A DNA stretch of 29,852 nt from Amoeboradix gromovi X-113 (taxonomy: Eukaryota > Fungi > Sanchytriomycota), in assembly GCA_018985225.1 (NCBI GenBank), contig JADGIF010000039.1:1-29852 (forward strand). Direction: 5' to 3'. The notes under the pieces were generated by a model. It was not told where the DNA came from. It saw only the letters and a list, made by a program, of their open reading frames with translations, and did not search any database. Shown one piece after another: positions 13,101 through 24,314 of the stretch (positions within the stretch are counted from its first letter, which is position 1; every line of letters starts with the position of its first letter). A program made the translations under genes and the position numbers.

Positions 13101-16100
13101 ATGCTCTATGTTAGCGCCTTAGAATTCGGGTATTTAGATGAAACACATGTAATCAATCATAAACAAATCACCCTAGTGGATATTAGTGTATTGCTACCCA
13201 CAAATGTTACCTCTATTGATTATTATAACGGATTTGTCATTGGAGACTATGTTACCATTATAATTCAAGGATTCGGATTAGCAACAGAGGACCTGCGTAT
13301 AGAAACCCCACTTTACAACACAACTATTAGTGATGCTACTATTAATTTAGAGTACTATGTATTCATGAATAATACTGTAATTATACTGCGATATATGAAC
13401 ATTTACAACCAAAAAAATTATTTCATGAATTTAACTTTTAACGATGAGTTTAAAGTGCTTGTGGAATCACCTAATCTCAGTTATACGACATATTTAATTA
13501 CAAGAAGGCCCGTTATAGAATCCGTAAAATACGAATCAGGATACTTGGTAGTCCGAGGAACTAACCTACCGAGAGGACCTACATCTCAAGCTATATGCGT
13601 AATTAACAATGTTTTTGGTTATAGGGAGGACTTGGGAATGATAGATACGATTGATTTTATCTACAAAACCCCGAAGAATTTTGATGTGGTTGCTACTTAC
13701 ACTAGTTGCACCTCAGATTACGGGTTGGTCTTATCACCAACTGGTTACGGGACAGGTTTAACGGCAAACGGCTTAAATATCAATTTTTCTTTGAAAGTAC
13801 TGCCGATAAATAACACAAATATACCGTTTATTATTGCTCCAACTTTATCAGGAGGAGTAAGTCCACCCAATAAATTCATTCTGGACAACAACTGGACTAT
13901 AATGCTATATTCAACGAGTGCCGTGTTTGGAAATATCGCGTTAGTTAGTCAGTACAATCCTCTAAACATAACGATATCTTATAATTCGGAGAGCTACACC
14001 GTAGATGCATCGGATTCACTAGTTGAATCATGGACCGCCAATAAAATACTTGTTAACACAGATTTGGAAAAGTTTAGCTCACTGGATTTAAACACAGCTG
14101 GAAATTTGAGCAACGGGTTCAATTTACTCTTTACTGTAAACGTGGGTGGTGTGATATATCACCGCAATCTAACTGTGCAATACCCTATATTCACCACTCC
14201 TGCTAGTTGGAATACTATAGAGTCCGCGAGTGAATCAAGCAGCCTTTCCAGTAGCCCAAGTAGTAGCATTTCTACATTAATATACATCGCATTATACAAT
14301 TCATATTATTCGGTATCTTTTGGCAATCTCAGTATTAAAATTAGCGATTTAAACAGTTCAGATCTAATATCAAATGCTGCTCATGTAAACAATCAAGTTT
14401 TGCCTCATAAACTAGAATCTGAATTGTCAAACTTTATTCCCTCTGATCTTTACCTAGAACTGAAGGAATATTCAAACACGTACACCGGTGGCATAAACGC
14501 TAATTCTAGCTTTACTCGTGTTCTGAACCCTCCTTTTGTGTTTTTTAATTACACGTTTAATCTAGACTCAATAACAATGGATGCCCCATTTGATTCCTTA
14601 TCCATTTCAATGTTTGACTCGCCATCATTAAGACTTGATGGCAATTTTGGTGAAGTTTTAAACAACTACAAAGAGTCTTTTAACATTATTTTCAGCGCAT
14701 TCGACATGTCTTCGATTACCTCGATACAATCACTTGCTACTATTGATTTTTATAGAGTAGCATCCTCGGAGGTTGGTGTAATTAGTATTTGGAATTCGAC
14801 GACCATAGTTGCCAATAGCGTTATGTTAAATTATGATGATTTGAACATCAATATCAGCAACCAAGCAACTTCTACAATATACATTGCTGTTAATATATTC
14901 AATCAGATATCAACAGTCCTGTCTCAACCATTTGTTGTAAACTACCCTAGTCTAATGGACAGGCATGAAAGCAGCAACGTGAATAACAGCATCTTAGCTG
15001 TTTACGGTACATACTTGGCTGAAGTTAACTCTAATGATGCAAGTTGCACATTGCATCCAACAACGGCCACTGTGTATCACGGTAACAGTTCATTGTATAA
15101 TGTTACTGGGGGAGTATGTAGTAGTACCCAAATGGAATTCAGTTTGATGGGCATCCATGACACTGGATCTAGCTACACACTCAAAAACATCAGGATGAAT
15201 GTATACGGATTGACAAAGATGTTTCCAAACGAGATATCTTTTATAGTTGCCAAACCGGTGGTTTTTGAGTCTTTTAATCAATTTGACCTGTATTCCAATG
15301 AAAAAATAGTTCACATAGTAGGTATTAACATGGGAAATATTACATTAGGTGTGCCTATGTATGCGTACTTTGTTAATGCTATCACTAGTGAAGTCAATAC
15401 CACGAGTCTTATGAGTCCAAGTTCTATCGTCAAATGGACACCAAACCTCATTGTTTTGAGCATTAACAATAGTTTGATTGATGTCAATAGCAGAAATTAT
15501 AGCATAGCGATTGATTTTAATAGCACTTTGGCTGTAGTACCAGTGTATATAAATAAACCAGATGACATCGAATGGACTGTTCCGGGCAACCTAATAGGTG
15601 ATAAGTATTATGTGAATACAAATAGCACAATAAAAGTACCATTCGCTATGGAAAGGGCCTCAAACTTAACATCCAATGGCACGTCGAGTACGATATTTAA
15701 CTCATCTGTTAATGCAGCAGTAAGATACAATAATACCTATTTTTCTATCAATATAACAGGTCATCTAGGGAACAACTCTATATTATTCGATCTAGAAGGT
15801 ATCAGTTGCCAAAGTATCACTATTTATAGTCTGTCTGTTAGCAGTGTATTTGGTACTGTTGCATACAATATTAGCAATACCAACCACACAATACACACGC
15901 TATACTACTATGCTCCTATTATCAATAGCGTTGACATAGACACACTTCGGCTATTGTATGAGGTCCCTATGGTTACGTTGTATGGTGACTATTTGGGTAT
16001 TAATAGTATCTATAGCAGTATTTACGACAACATAAGCATAACTTACAATTTTAGTAGCAATGATCCCTTGTATGATAACGGAAATGTGAGTAGTATAAAA

Positions 16101-19100
16101 TACATTAACCGCTATCATGATAAGATATCTTTCGAGATGCCAGCAGCTCATGCCAACACGTCTCTGTACTTGAATTCTACTTTGATGCTGCATTTAAATA
16201 TAAGCATCTTCGGTGAATTGCTGCAGTACCCCGTAAGTATTAATATGCCATTAATAGGCAACACTTTGAATAACACACTGCTTGTATTGGATAACAAAAT
16301 CATTCTACCTGGCATCGTACCTGTAAACATTTGTACTGTTACCTATACAATCTCTGGTTTTAATCTTATCAACCCGATCGCAATAGCAGGTTGTATCTAC
16401 AGTATACAAGTACCTGATTATTACAGTAGTGGATACTCAATCGACAAAATGGCAGTAGAATTGGATAACATGGGATTTAAGTATATAGAAATTCCTCTAA
16501 ACTATTACTTTGACTATCCAAAAGTACAACTTACGGATATATATCCGTCTTATCAATTACTATACGATCCATTAGCTGAACTGTCTGTTAAAGGTATAAA
16601 CATACCTGGATATGTTTATGACTATAACTTTATCAATACAGCTAGATTGATTATATCGCATCACAATGTGACCATATTCAACAGTACAATGAACGATACT
16701 TATTCAATTAAGAACTCTAATGACTCTATAATTGTGCTACCAATAACTAAAGAGCTAAAGCCATTCAACTTTTATGATTCAGTGAACCTTTACCATAATT
16801 ACAGTGCTGTAATTAATGTATGCATATCAACAGTTTTGACTAGCTGTCTTAAATTTGAGTACAGAATGCCGGGCAATATAACTAGTGAATATAGAACTTA
16901 TAACAACACACATTACATAATGGATGTCCAATACAATGACTATATTGATAGGTCAAGTGAACTTGGAAGTAGCTCAGTTTATGTTAGTAGCTTGAGCAAC
17001 AGTTTATGTATGAACGTGTCTACTACGATATTAGGTGAATATATCAAACCAATATACGCCTCTGCAATGACTTGCAGTAATTCATTTACTATATACACCC
17101 CATTGTTTATAGGTGACGCAAAGATTGCAAGAATAAAATTGCTATTTAGCAGTGATACAGCTGCTCAAATCGGGATAAACGAGTTAAACATTAAGACTTT
17201 AGATAACAATCTGGTAATATCTCAACTTCAGCCTATAATATACAATACTACAATCTCGCATGGCAGCAAAACAGATTTGATTAACAATTATGTGTATCCA
17301 TGTATTAATGGACAATACAAAGTAGTGATAAATGGAATCAACTTACTAGGCAACTATAATGCTTTAGACGAGAGCAAAATAGGGCTGTCAGTTACAGGCA
17401 ACGGCATATCAAGTATGGCAACATTTACCGATAGCATTTATTGGGATAACTCAATGATTGTGTTTTTACTGCCAATAAACAGAGATGCATGTAGTGTATT
17501 GGGAGCAATGCAGCACGATCTAACTGTAGGAAATTTTAACATTTCTATAGGCCAAATAAATGTGGTAGACTGGCTTTTGGTAGATAGCTACACAACCGAT
17601 AAAATACCAATACAAGACAAATCAAAGAACCTGATATATTATGCGATGGATATAAAAAACATCATTTATGTGTTGGAAATTGCTAATTTGGGATACAGCA
17701 CTAGCGCCTCTTATGATTGCAGTGGATTCCACAATGACCAAATATTCAAGATCACCTTGTCGGTAGACGACGTGGAAGATCTAAATCATTTAATTTCAGC
17801 ATACAGTTGCATAGACGCCAAGCAGTTTATATACTTTAACTTACCACGGCTCTATGGAAGGATTGTTCGTATTAAGCGGGTGCAGCAGTATCAGGGCATA
17901 TACAGGCACGATTTAAATATAACAAATGACGCGACACTATTCTACTCGTTTAATACTCCTGTTTATACAGATACACTTCTTATAGCGAGTAATCAGGTTG
18001 TTAAGTTGAGCAGATTTAATAATAATATAAAATCGCCAGTATTTATACCAGGAAATGCGATACAAATCACAGGAAAGGGCTTTGGAGATCAGTTGGCACC
18101 GGCCTTGGATAGAAGACAGATCGTGTTCAATTGTGCAGCCAATAGGTATAACTACACTTTGGATTGCCAAGATGAATCAAATGGATGTATATGGAGAGAT
18201 ACCTACATAAACATAACAATGCCTAAAATGCTGATTAGCAAAGATCAATACTGTGAGTTTGCCACTATTGTTCAGCTGGGAAATTTGAATACGATTGCTG
18301 GAAACATTAAATTTGGCAATAGGCTACCGTTTTTGAATAAAAATGACACTATAGCACAAGGGACAACATACAGTGAGATTATAATAAGCAGCATGATAAC
18401 GGATTTGGATATGGATTCCTTTACAATGAATATTACATTATTAAATCAACTAAATGATGTTATCGATACAGACATGCTGAAGGATTTTGAATGGTACAGT
18501 AACAAGGTTAACAGCGATAGATATGATATATTTGATTTAAAGACGACAAGTGGAGTGGCAAGACTGAACACAGTGTTGCAGAATGTAAGAGCAACTAGGA
18601 CATTAAGCAACGATATAAACGGACGAATATATATGAAGATTCCGTCACTATTACAAGGCACTTTCTACTATTTAGTACAAGTAAGTGATGGATTCAATAC
18701 AAAAGCGTTTCAATATCAGATGGATATTACACCCAAGAACAATGTACCTGTCATTAGTAACTGTTTGCCAATCGGACTGAACAGTAATTATTCAATGGAT
18801 TGTATAGGTTTCTGTCAATACAGGCGATTTAATGTATTTAAATCAATAGTGCTAAGTGATCCAAATAGGATATATGCAAATCAACCATATTCATTGAAGA
18901 TTAAGTTAAACCAAACGCCAAAGATAGGCAATTTATATCACGGGAATACTTTACTAGGTAACGATGTCTATTCATTGCAAAATGATACATTTGATGATTT
19001 TTACTATTTTACCAACAGCACCTTGGATAATAGCACCAATCTATTGGGAAACATATCCTTTTCAATCATTTACAACAACGTGAACGCCTCATGTCATTTG

Positions 19101-20785
19101 CCTCTTTCCTTGGCATGTGACTCAGGATTATACCCAAATGTTTATAAGCGCAAGTACGCTATAAGCAGTACCGAATCAATATACAGACTGTGCGAATTCT
19201 GTCCGGACGGTGCAATTTGTGACGATTTAGGACTATCTATGCCGGAAGCACTAAGCGGATGGAAGTTTGACCCATCCACAGGGACATTTTCGGTATTTAT
19301 TGATTAATATAGCAATGTACTCCAGAAGAAGCATGTTTGAATGGTAATTGCACTCTGGGATATAGCGGAGATAGATGCGGGTCGTGTGCAGGCGGGTATT
19401 ACAGGACAGGATTGAAATGTCTAAAATGTAAGAACACAAAATCAGAAATAATAGCACTCTTGATAACATTTATAGTTGTAATAGGATTGCTGATAGTGTA
19501 TTTGTTAAGAAAAGGAATAAGTTTAGCGGCAATTACGATTTTAATCAATTTTGGACAGTATCTATACATCATGAACAACATGGAACTACAGTGGCCACCC
19601 ATTCTAAGTGGTGTACTGTCTACACTGGGTTCTCTGTCATTTAGTATAGATATTACTGCACCAGAATGTCTTAGCAACGGCGCGGTGGGATATTATGACA
19701 AATTCGTATCGGTATTTATCATACCTTTGATACTGACATTTTGCTTTATAGCACTGCCTGTTTGGTTAAGTCCACACATGAAATATCCGGTCTTTTACGT
19801 TTTTGAAGGCATTAGGAAACTTTTTGCAAAGACTCCATTTGCAGCTTACTCAGTCTTCCAAGACATTCTTCAATTAAATCTAGTGGTTAATTGGAAATAC
19901 CCGAAATCTAAAATATTGGATAATCTCTATTTAGGACTGAAATTAAACTTTATTACCATGGCAATGCTATATGTAAATATCTCAAACATGGGTATGAGTT
20001 TCTTTTCATGCAGAAAAATCAAATACGGAGATAGCTACAGGTACTTCTTAGTTCAAGCGCCTGATACAGAGTGCTATACAGATTCCTGGTATGCCCACTT
20101 GCCGTTTGGTGTTTTATATCTGGTGTTTTATATTGTTGGGATTCCTGTATCGTTTAGTATATTGTTTTTGTTGAAGGAACAACACACTTACAAGAATAAG
20201 TTCTACGAAATTATGCGCAAACTTGGTCTCAAGATGTACATAGGGGGGCACAACAACTTTAAGCCCGGATTGGACATATTTATTCCTGTGCAATTGCTGG
20301 TCAAGTTTTGCATAATAACTACTAATGCTTTCTTTGCTAGTTACATAGCAATACAAGCTATAGCTGTCCAGGTATGTTTAACACTGTATTTAGTTAGCGT
20401 AATACATTACAAGCCATATAGAGAAAGAAACCTAAACAGAGTTGAAATATTCTGTGACTCTGCAGCAGTTTTAGCATTGGGCGCAGGGCTGCTGTATTAC
20501 ACCAGCAGTACTTCTTTCAAAAGAGGGGATAGTGATAACAGTAATGAGCTGACATCTGATAAGCTGGGCGGAGTAACAATTCTTGTGGCGCTAATAATCA
20601 TAGGGGCAGTAGGAAGTGCGATTATAGTGACAATATTACAAACATTGGATATGTATGCCAAGAAAAGAAAACAAAAAGAAATCGAAAGCGGTGGGAGATA
20701 TGAAGATACTGGGATTATTGTGAAAATTGCAGAATACAAAGGGAAAGTTAAAGATTTGGCTCAAAAAACATTGAGTAGGGGATAG
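7101..20785 (+). CDS. Giant cell-surface multi-pass membrane protein, ~4,554 aa; exons 7101-19292 and 19313-20785. Signal peptide, beta-rich N-terminus, about a dozen IPT/TIG-like repeats, cadherin-like modules, Cys-rich linker, ~9 TM helices
   Basis: Removing the 20-nt intron 19293-19312 joins the 4095-aa and 482-aa ORFs in frame (..TGTFS|QCTPEEACLNGNCTLGYSGDRCGSCAGGYY..). ATG 7101 gives the signal-peptide-like MISYFILALIAPLYAS. Repeated hxhxGxNF/L-type and WxxxxI motifs; QVSDG...ITPKNNVP; hydrophobic helices between about 19445 and 20650. Confidence 0.85.
19293..19312 (+). other. 20-nt spliceosomal intron (phase 0), GTATTTATTGATTAATATAG
   Basis: GT-AG ends; removal restores the frame across a continuous Cys-rich domain; matches the shared 20-nt consensus. 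Confidence 0.9.
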
Positions 20786-20806
20786 CGGGAATAGTAAATT
20801 TACTAG

Positions 20807-21960
20807 CTATAAACTTCGTTTTAATATATCTAATCCTTTAAGGATATCTTGCTGATCACTATTAAGAGGTGGTGCAATTCTAATTGTGTTATTACCAGCC
20901 CCAACCAACAGCAGTCCATTTGATTGAGCCATTTCAATTACGGGTTTAGTGTCCTTATTTAATCTCAGACCTAGAAGTAATCCTTTGCCTCTAAGAGTAA
21001 CATTAGGATTGCTCCAGCTCTTTATAGTCTCGGTAATCAACCCAGAAATATCCTTGACATTAGCAACAAGTTTAGGGTCAACTAAACGGTTTAAACAATG
21101 AAGACCAACAGCGGACGCCAAAGGGTTACCACCAAATGTAGTTCCATGATCACCGATCTTAACTGATTTCGAAATTGGTTCATTTACAAGCGTGGCTCCG
21201 ATGGGAAAGCCGTTACTAGATTATTGAATAATTACCCTAATGGCTTGGCAAGAGTAAGTATATCTGGCTTCACATTATACTTTTGATGTGCAAATACAGA
21301 ACCAGTTCTACTCAAGCCACATTGAATTTCATCAAATATCAATACAGCCTGATGTTTTACAGATAATTTCTTAAGAGTCTCTAAAAACTGTGGCTCTGCT
21401 TCATTGACACCACCTTCACCTTGTATTGGTTCCACTATTATTGCACATGTGCTACTGTTAATTACAAACGGTAGAATCTCGGAGTTGTTGAATGGACAGC
21501 ACATGAAATCAGGAACTACAGGTGCAAAATCGTTCTTGTATTTTGGATTCATTGTTGCTGACAAAGAGCCAAAAGTCCTTCCGTGAAAACCATCACTGAA
21601 GGCAATTATTTTAGTTTTTTTGGGGTTTATTGTTTTACCATACTTGCGCGCAAACTTAATCGCTGCTTCATTTGCTTCTGTGCCACTATTTGAAAGAAAA
21701 CAGGAGTTCAAACCACTCAAGTAGCACAGTTTATCTGCAAGGGCTATGGCTGGAGAATTGAGAAAAAGATTGGATACATGGGTCAACTTTAAAGCTTGAT
21801 CATGGATGACCTTGGCGATCTTTTCATCCCCATGTCCCAGAGAACAAACAGCGATACCACTAGTGAAGTCTATGTATTCTTTTCCTGTGCTGCTGTAAAC
21901 ATAAATGCCTTTACCTTTAGCCAGCTCAAGACTTCTATTATAAACTCTTAATAGCGCCAT
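20807..21960 (-). CDS. ARG8: Acetylornithine aminotransferase (class III PLP enzyme), 377 aa; exons 21960-21236 and 21215-20807
   Basis: YIDFTSGIAVCSLGH, NSGTEANEAAIKFARK, FHGRT.G.LSAT, EPIQGEGG, DEIQCGLSRTG. Splicing restores LAKPLG|NGFPIGA, then HGTTFGGNPL, RGKGLLLG and IRIAPPL. Confidence 0.95.
21216..21235 (-). other. 20-nt spliceosomal intron (phase 2), GTAATTATTCAATAATCTAG
   Basis: GT-AG ends; removal restores the PLP-lysine motif AKPLGNGFPIGA. Confidence 0.95.
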
Positions 21961-22004
21961 TTAGTTTTAAATAATGAAAAAGAGGGGTTAATGTTTTTTT
22001 TATT

Positions 22005-23044
22005 TTATTGAAAATTAACCTTTTTAATTCCGTAAGCGTCTCCATGCTCCGCCACTAGAGACCTCACTTGTCTTTTGAATTCCTCTCTTACTGTTTCTAT
22101 CTGTTGTGTAGTAGGATTTAAGGTCCGTACCATGGAAATAGGATCCCCTACAACTACAGTCAATGGTGATTTACGAGGTACAATTGGCAAGTTAAATGGA
22201 AAGGGAAGAATTGGAAGAACTGGTTCCCCATAAAAGTAAATCAATGAAAACCCAAAATGTTTTCTTAAAAATCTTTGCAAATGTTGCAGAACCATAAAAC
22301 TGTATTTCGAAAACTTGCTTTTGCTAGCATCTTGGCTGTGAATATAAAAAGTGTCACATTCTCCAAAACCTATTACTGGTACCAATTTTGCTCCTAAATG
22401 AGTTGTCTATTACCAGTTTCCATGCACAATCTTATGAACCCAGATCTATTATTAATCGCTACAGTCAATGTCTTTGACTTCGTAAATTCGGCCTCAAACC
22501 CACCTCCAGTTACCAGTAAAACACTTTCTTGCGGTTCTGATTGATGCAAATGCTTACCCTGCAATACATATTTCATACTATCATAATCACAGCTTATAAA
22601 TCCGCTCAGCAGCGCAACCTGCTTAAGAAATGGTATGCTCAAGTTTGCGTTCAATGTGACTGGTCTGATTTTTGGCATATTAACTAAATGCTCAAAATCG
22701 TAAACAAATTGAGTAAAAACCCCCAATCCAATAACACCATGGGGATGGTAGCTAAGTACATATTTCCCATTTTCTTCCAGTTTCCCTTTTATTATTAGTT
22801 TTGATGGGAAGTATTCTCGAAAGGATTTCCAAACTGCTAATCTTCTGTACCAACTTGATAATCTCTTACGTATTCCGGAATGGTATCCGCCAGTAAACGG
22901 TAACCTATCATTTGCATTTAGAACTAATAAAATTATTCCAATCCAGGTCGTAAACGGATTCGCCAACAAGAGCACAGTAAGAACAGGACCGCTAATAAAA
23001 ATTAAAGCCCAAATGACTGCAGAAAGGCGTGGGGAAGGTTTCAT
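22005..23044 (-). CDS. DGA1: Diacylglycerol O-acyltransferase, DGAT2/MOGAT family, 339 aa; exons 23044-22414 and 22393-22005
   Basis: YFP, YHPHG, GG..EA and R.GFIRL motifs. Splicing restores METG|AKLVPVIGFGE; C-terminal P.TVVVG.PI. Confidence 0.92.
22394..22413 (-). other. 20-nt spliceosomal intron (phase 1), GTAATAGACAACTCATTTAG
   Basis: GT-AG ends; removal restores the DGAT2 TGAxLVPVxxFGE motif. Confidence 0.95.
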
Positions 23045-23062
23045 AAAGAAAGTTTATTAAAA

Positions 23063-24195
23063 CTAAGATATTTGCTCATAACCTGCAGAATGTCTTTTCA
23101 TTAGCTCAGTCAATGGTCCGAGCAATCTTTGGAATGCTTTTTTCCCCATTGTTGCACATTTAATCTTTCCTTTTGCTGTTATTGTAGCTAGTCGGGGCTG
23201 ATCAGTTAAAAGTGACATTTCTATGTTAACTAGAAAATACCTCCAAAGTAGTCACCTTTTTTTAATTCCCTAACAACATGTACAGTATTATTCACGTCAA
23301 TCTTAGTAACAACGGCATGACCTTCCTCGATAATGTAAAATGAATCACCAACGTCACCTTGTTTTAAGATGATTTCACCATCCTGGAATGTGACACTTTC
23401 CAATGTATCAGCCACTTTGTGTCTTTCATATATTTCCAATGAGTGTAGTAAAGGGACTTCTTCTAAAAATGATTCATATAGCTTTCGTTTCCTAGATGTG
23501 TTATCCATCAATATACGTCTGAAAGTAACACGATCAAGCGCCCACAAGACACCTGGGCAAGCTGCTACGACTGTAGCTGCACGCTTAGCGTTGTACATGA
23601 GAGCCAATTCCCCGAAACTACCACCAGGGCCAATCTCAGCCACTTTCGCTGGTTGATTATTTTTATTTACATATATATCGTATCTACCATCCTCAGCAAC
23701 ATAAAAGTAGTCTCCTTCATCACCCTGCTTAATAATCTGCTCTCCAGTTATGACTGTGCGCTCAATCATTGCGTTGATGACATCAGTAGATTGCTCTTCA
23801 TCCAGATTGCGAAATAAAAAGTTTTGCTGCACGCTCTCTAATAATCTAGACTTTTGCTCATCCGTTTTTGGGATAATGATCTTTTCAAAATTAGTTTCTG
23901 GTTGCATACTTTCAGCACTCACACTTGTTCTTCTCCCTCTAGTAATTTGAACTGGTTGCTCATCATCAGCAATATCATCCTCGCTACCAAATTCATCCAT
24001 CAAATCATCTTCATCCATTTTTTCAACCTTGGGTTCATTAAATGCAGTTTTTTGAGTGCTTTGTCTTTCCTCTTTCAACAAGCCATTAAAATAGTCAGCA
24101 CAGAATTGCACTACATCTTCAGGCTGATGACTTAGAATTTCTTGTACTAATTTTCTCAATACTGGAGTTAAAGTAGGTGGAATATCAAAATCCAT
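23063..24195 (-). CDS. PKAR: cAMP-dependent protein kinase regulatory subunit (RII-like), 370 aa; exons 24195-23241 and 23220-23063
   Basis: RIIa D/D domain (IPPTL..VL....QP.D...FCADYF), inhibitor site RRTSVSAE, CNB-A FGELALMYNAKRAAT. Splicing completes CNB-B: YFG|EMSLLTDQPRLATI...AFQRLLGP, stop at 23065-23063. Confidence 0.96.
23221..23240 (-). other. 20-nt spliceosomal intron (phase 1), GTATTTTCTAGTTAACATAG
   Basis: GT-AG ends; removal restores the second cyclic-nucleotide phosphate-binding cassette and the conserved C-terminus. Confidence 0.95.
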
Positions 24196-24314
24196 ATGTT
24201 TCGTAGTATACCCCAAGTAAACTTGCCCAGTAAAATCAAAAAGAGCTATAAAAAGTACCGTATTTTAGCATAGTACTATTCGTACAAGACTAGAAAGATC
24301 ATCAGATACACAAA

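Noticed and set aside
19293-23240. Pseudogenes, sequencing frameshifts, programmed frameshifting or stop-codon reassignment as the cause of the split ORFs
   Set aside because: Each break is resolved by removing exactly 20 nt bounded by GT..AG with a shared internal consensus, restoring conserved motifs without extra residues. Long ORFs have no internal TAA/TAG.
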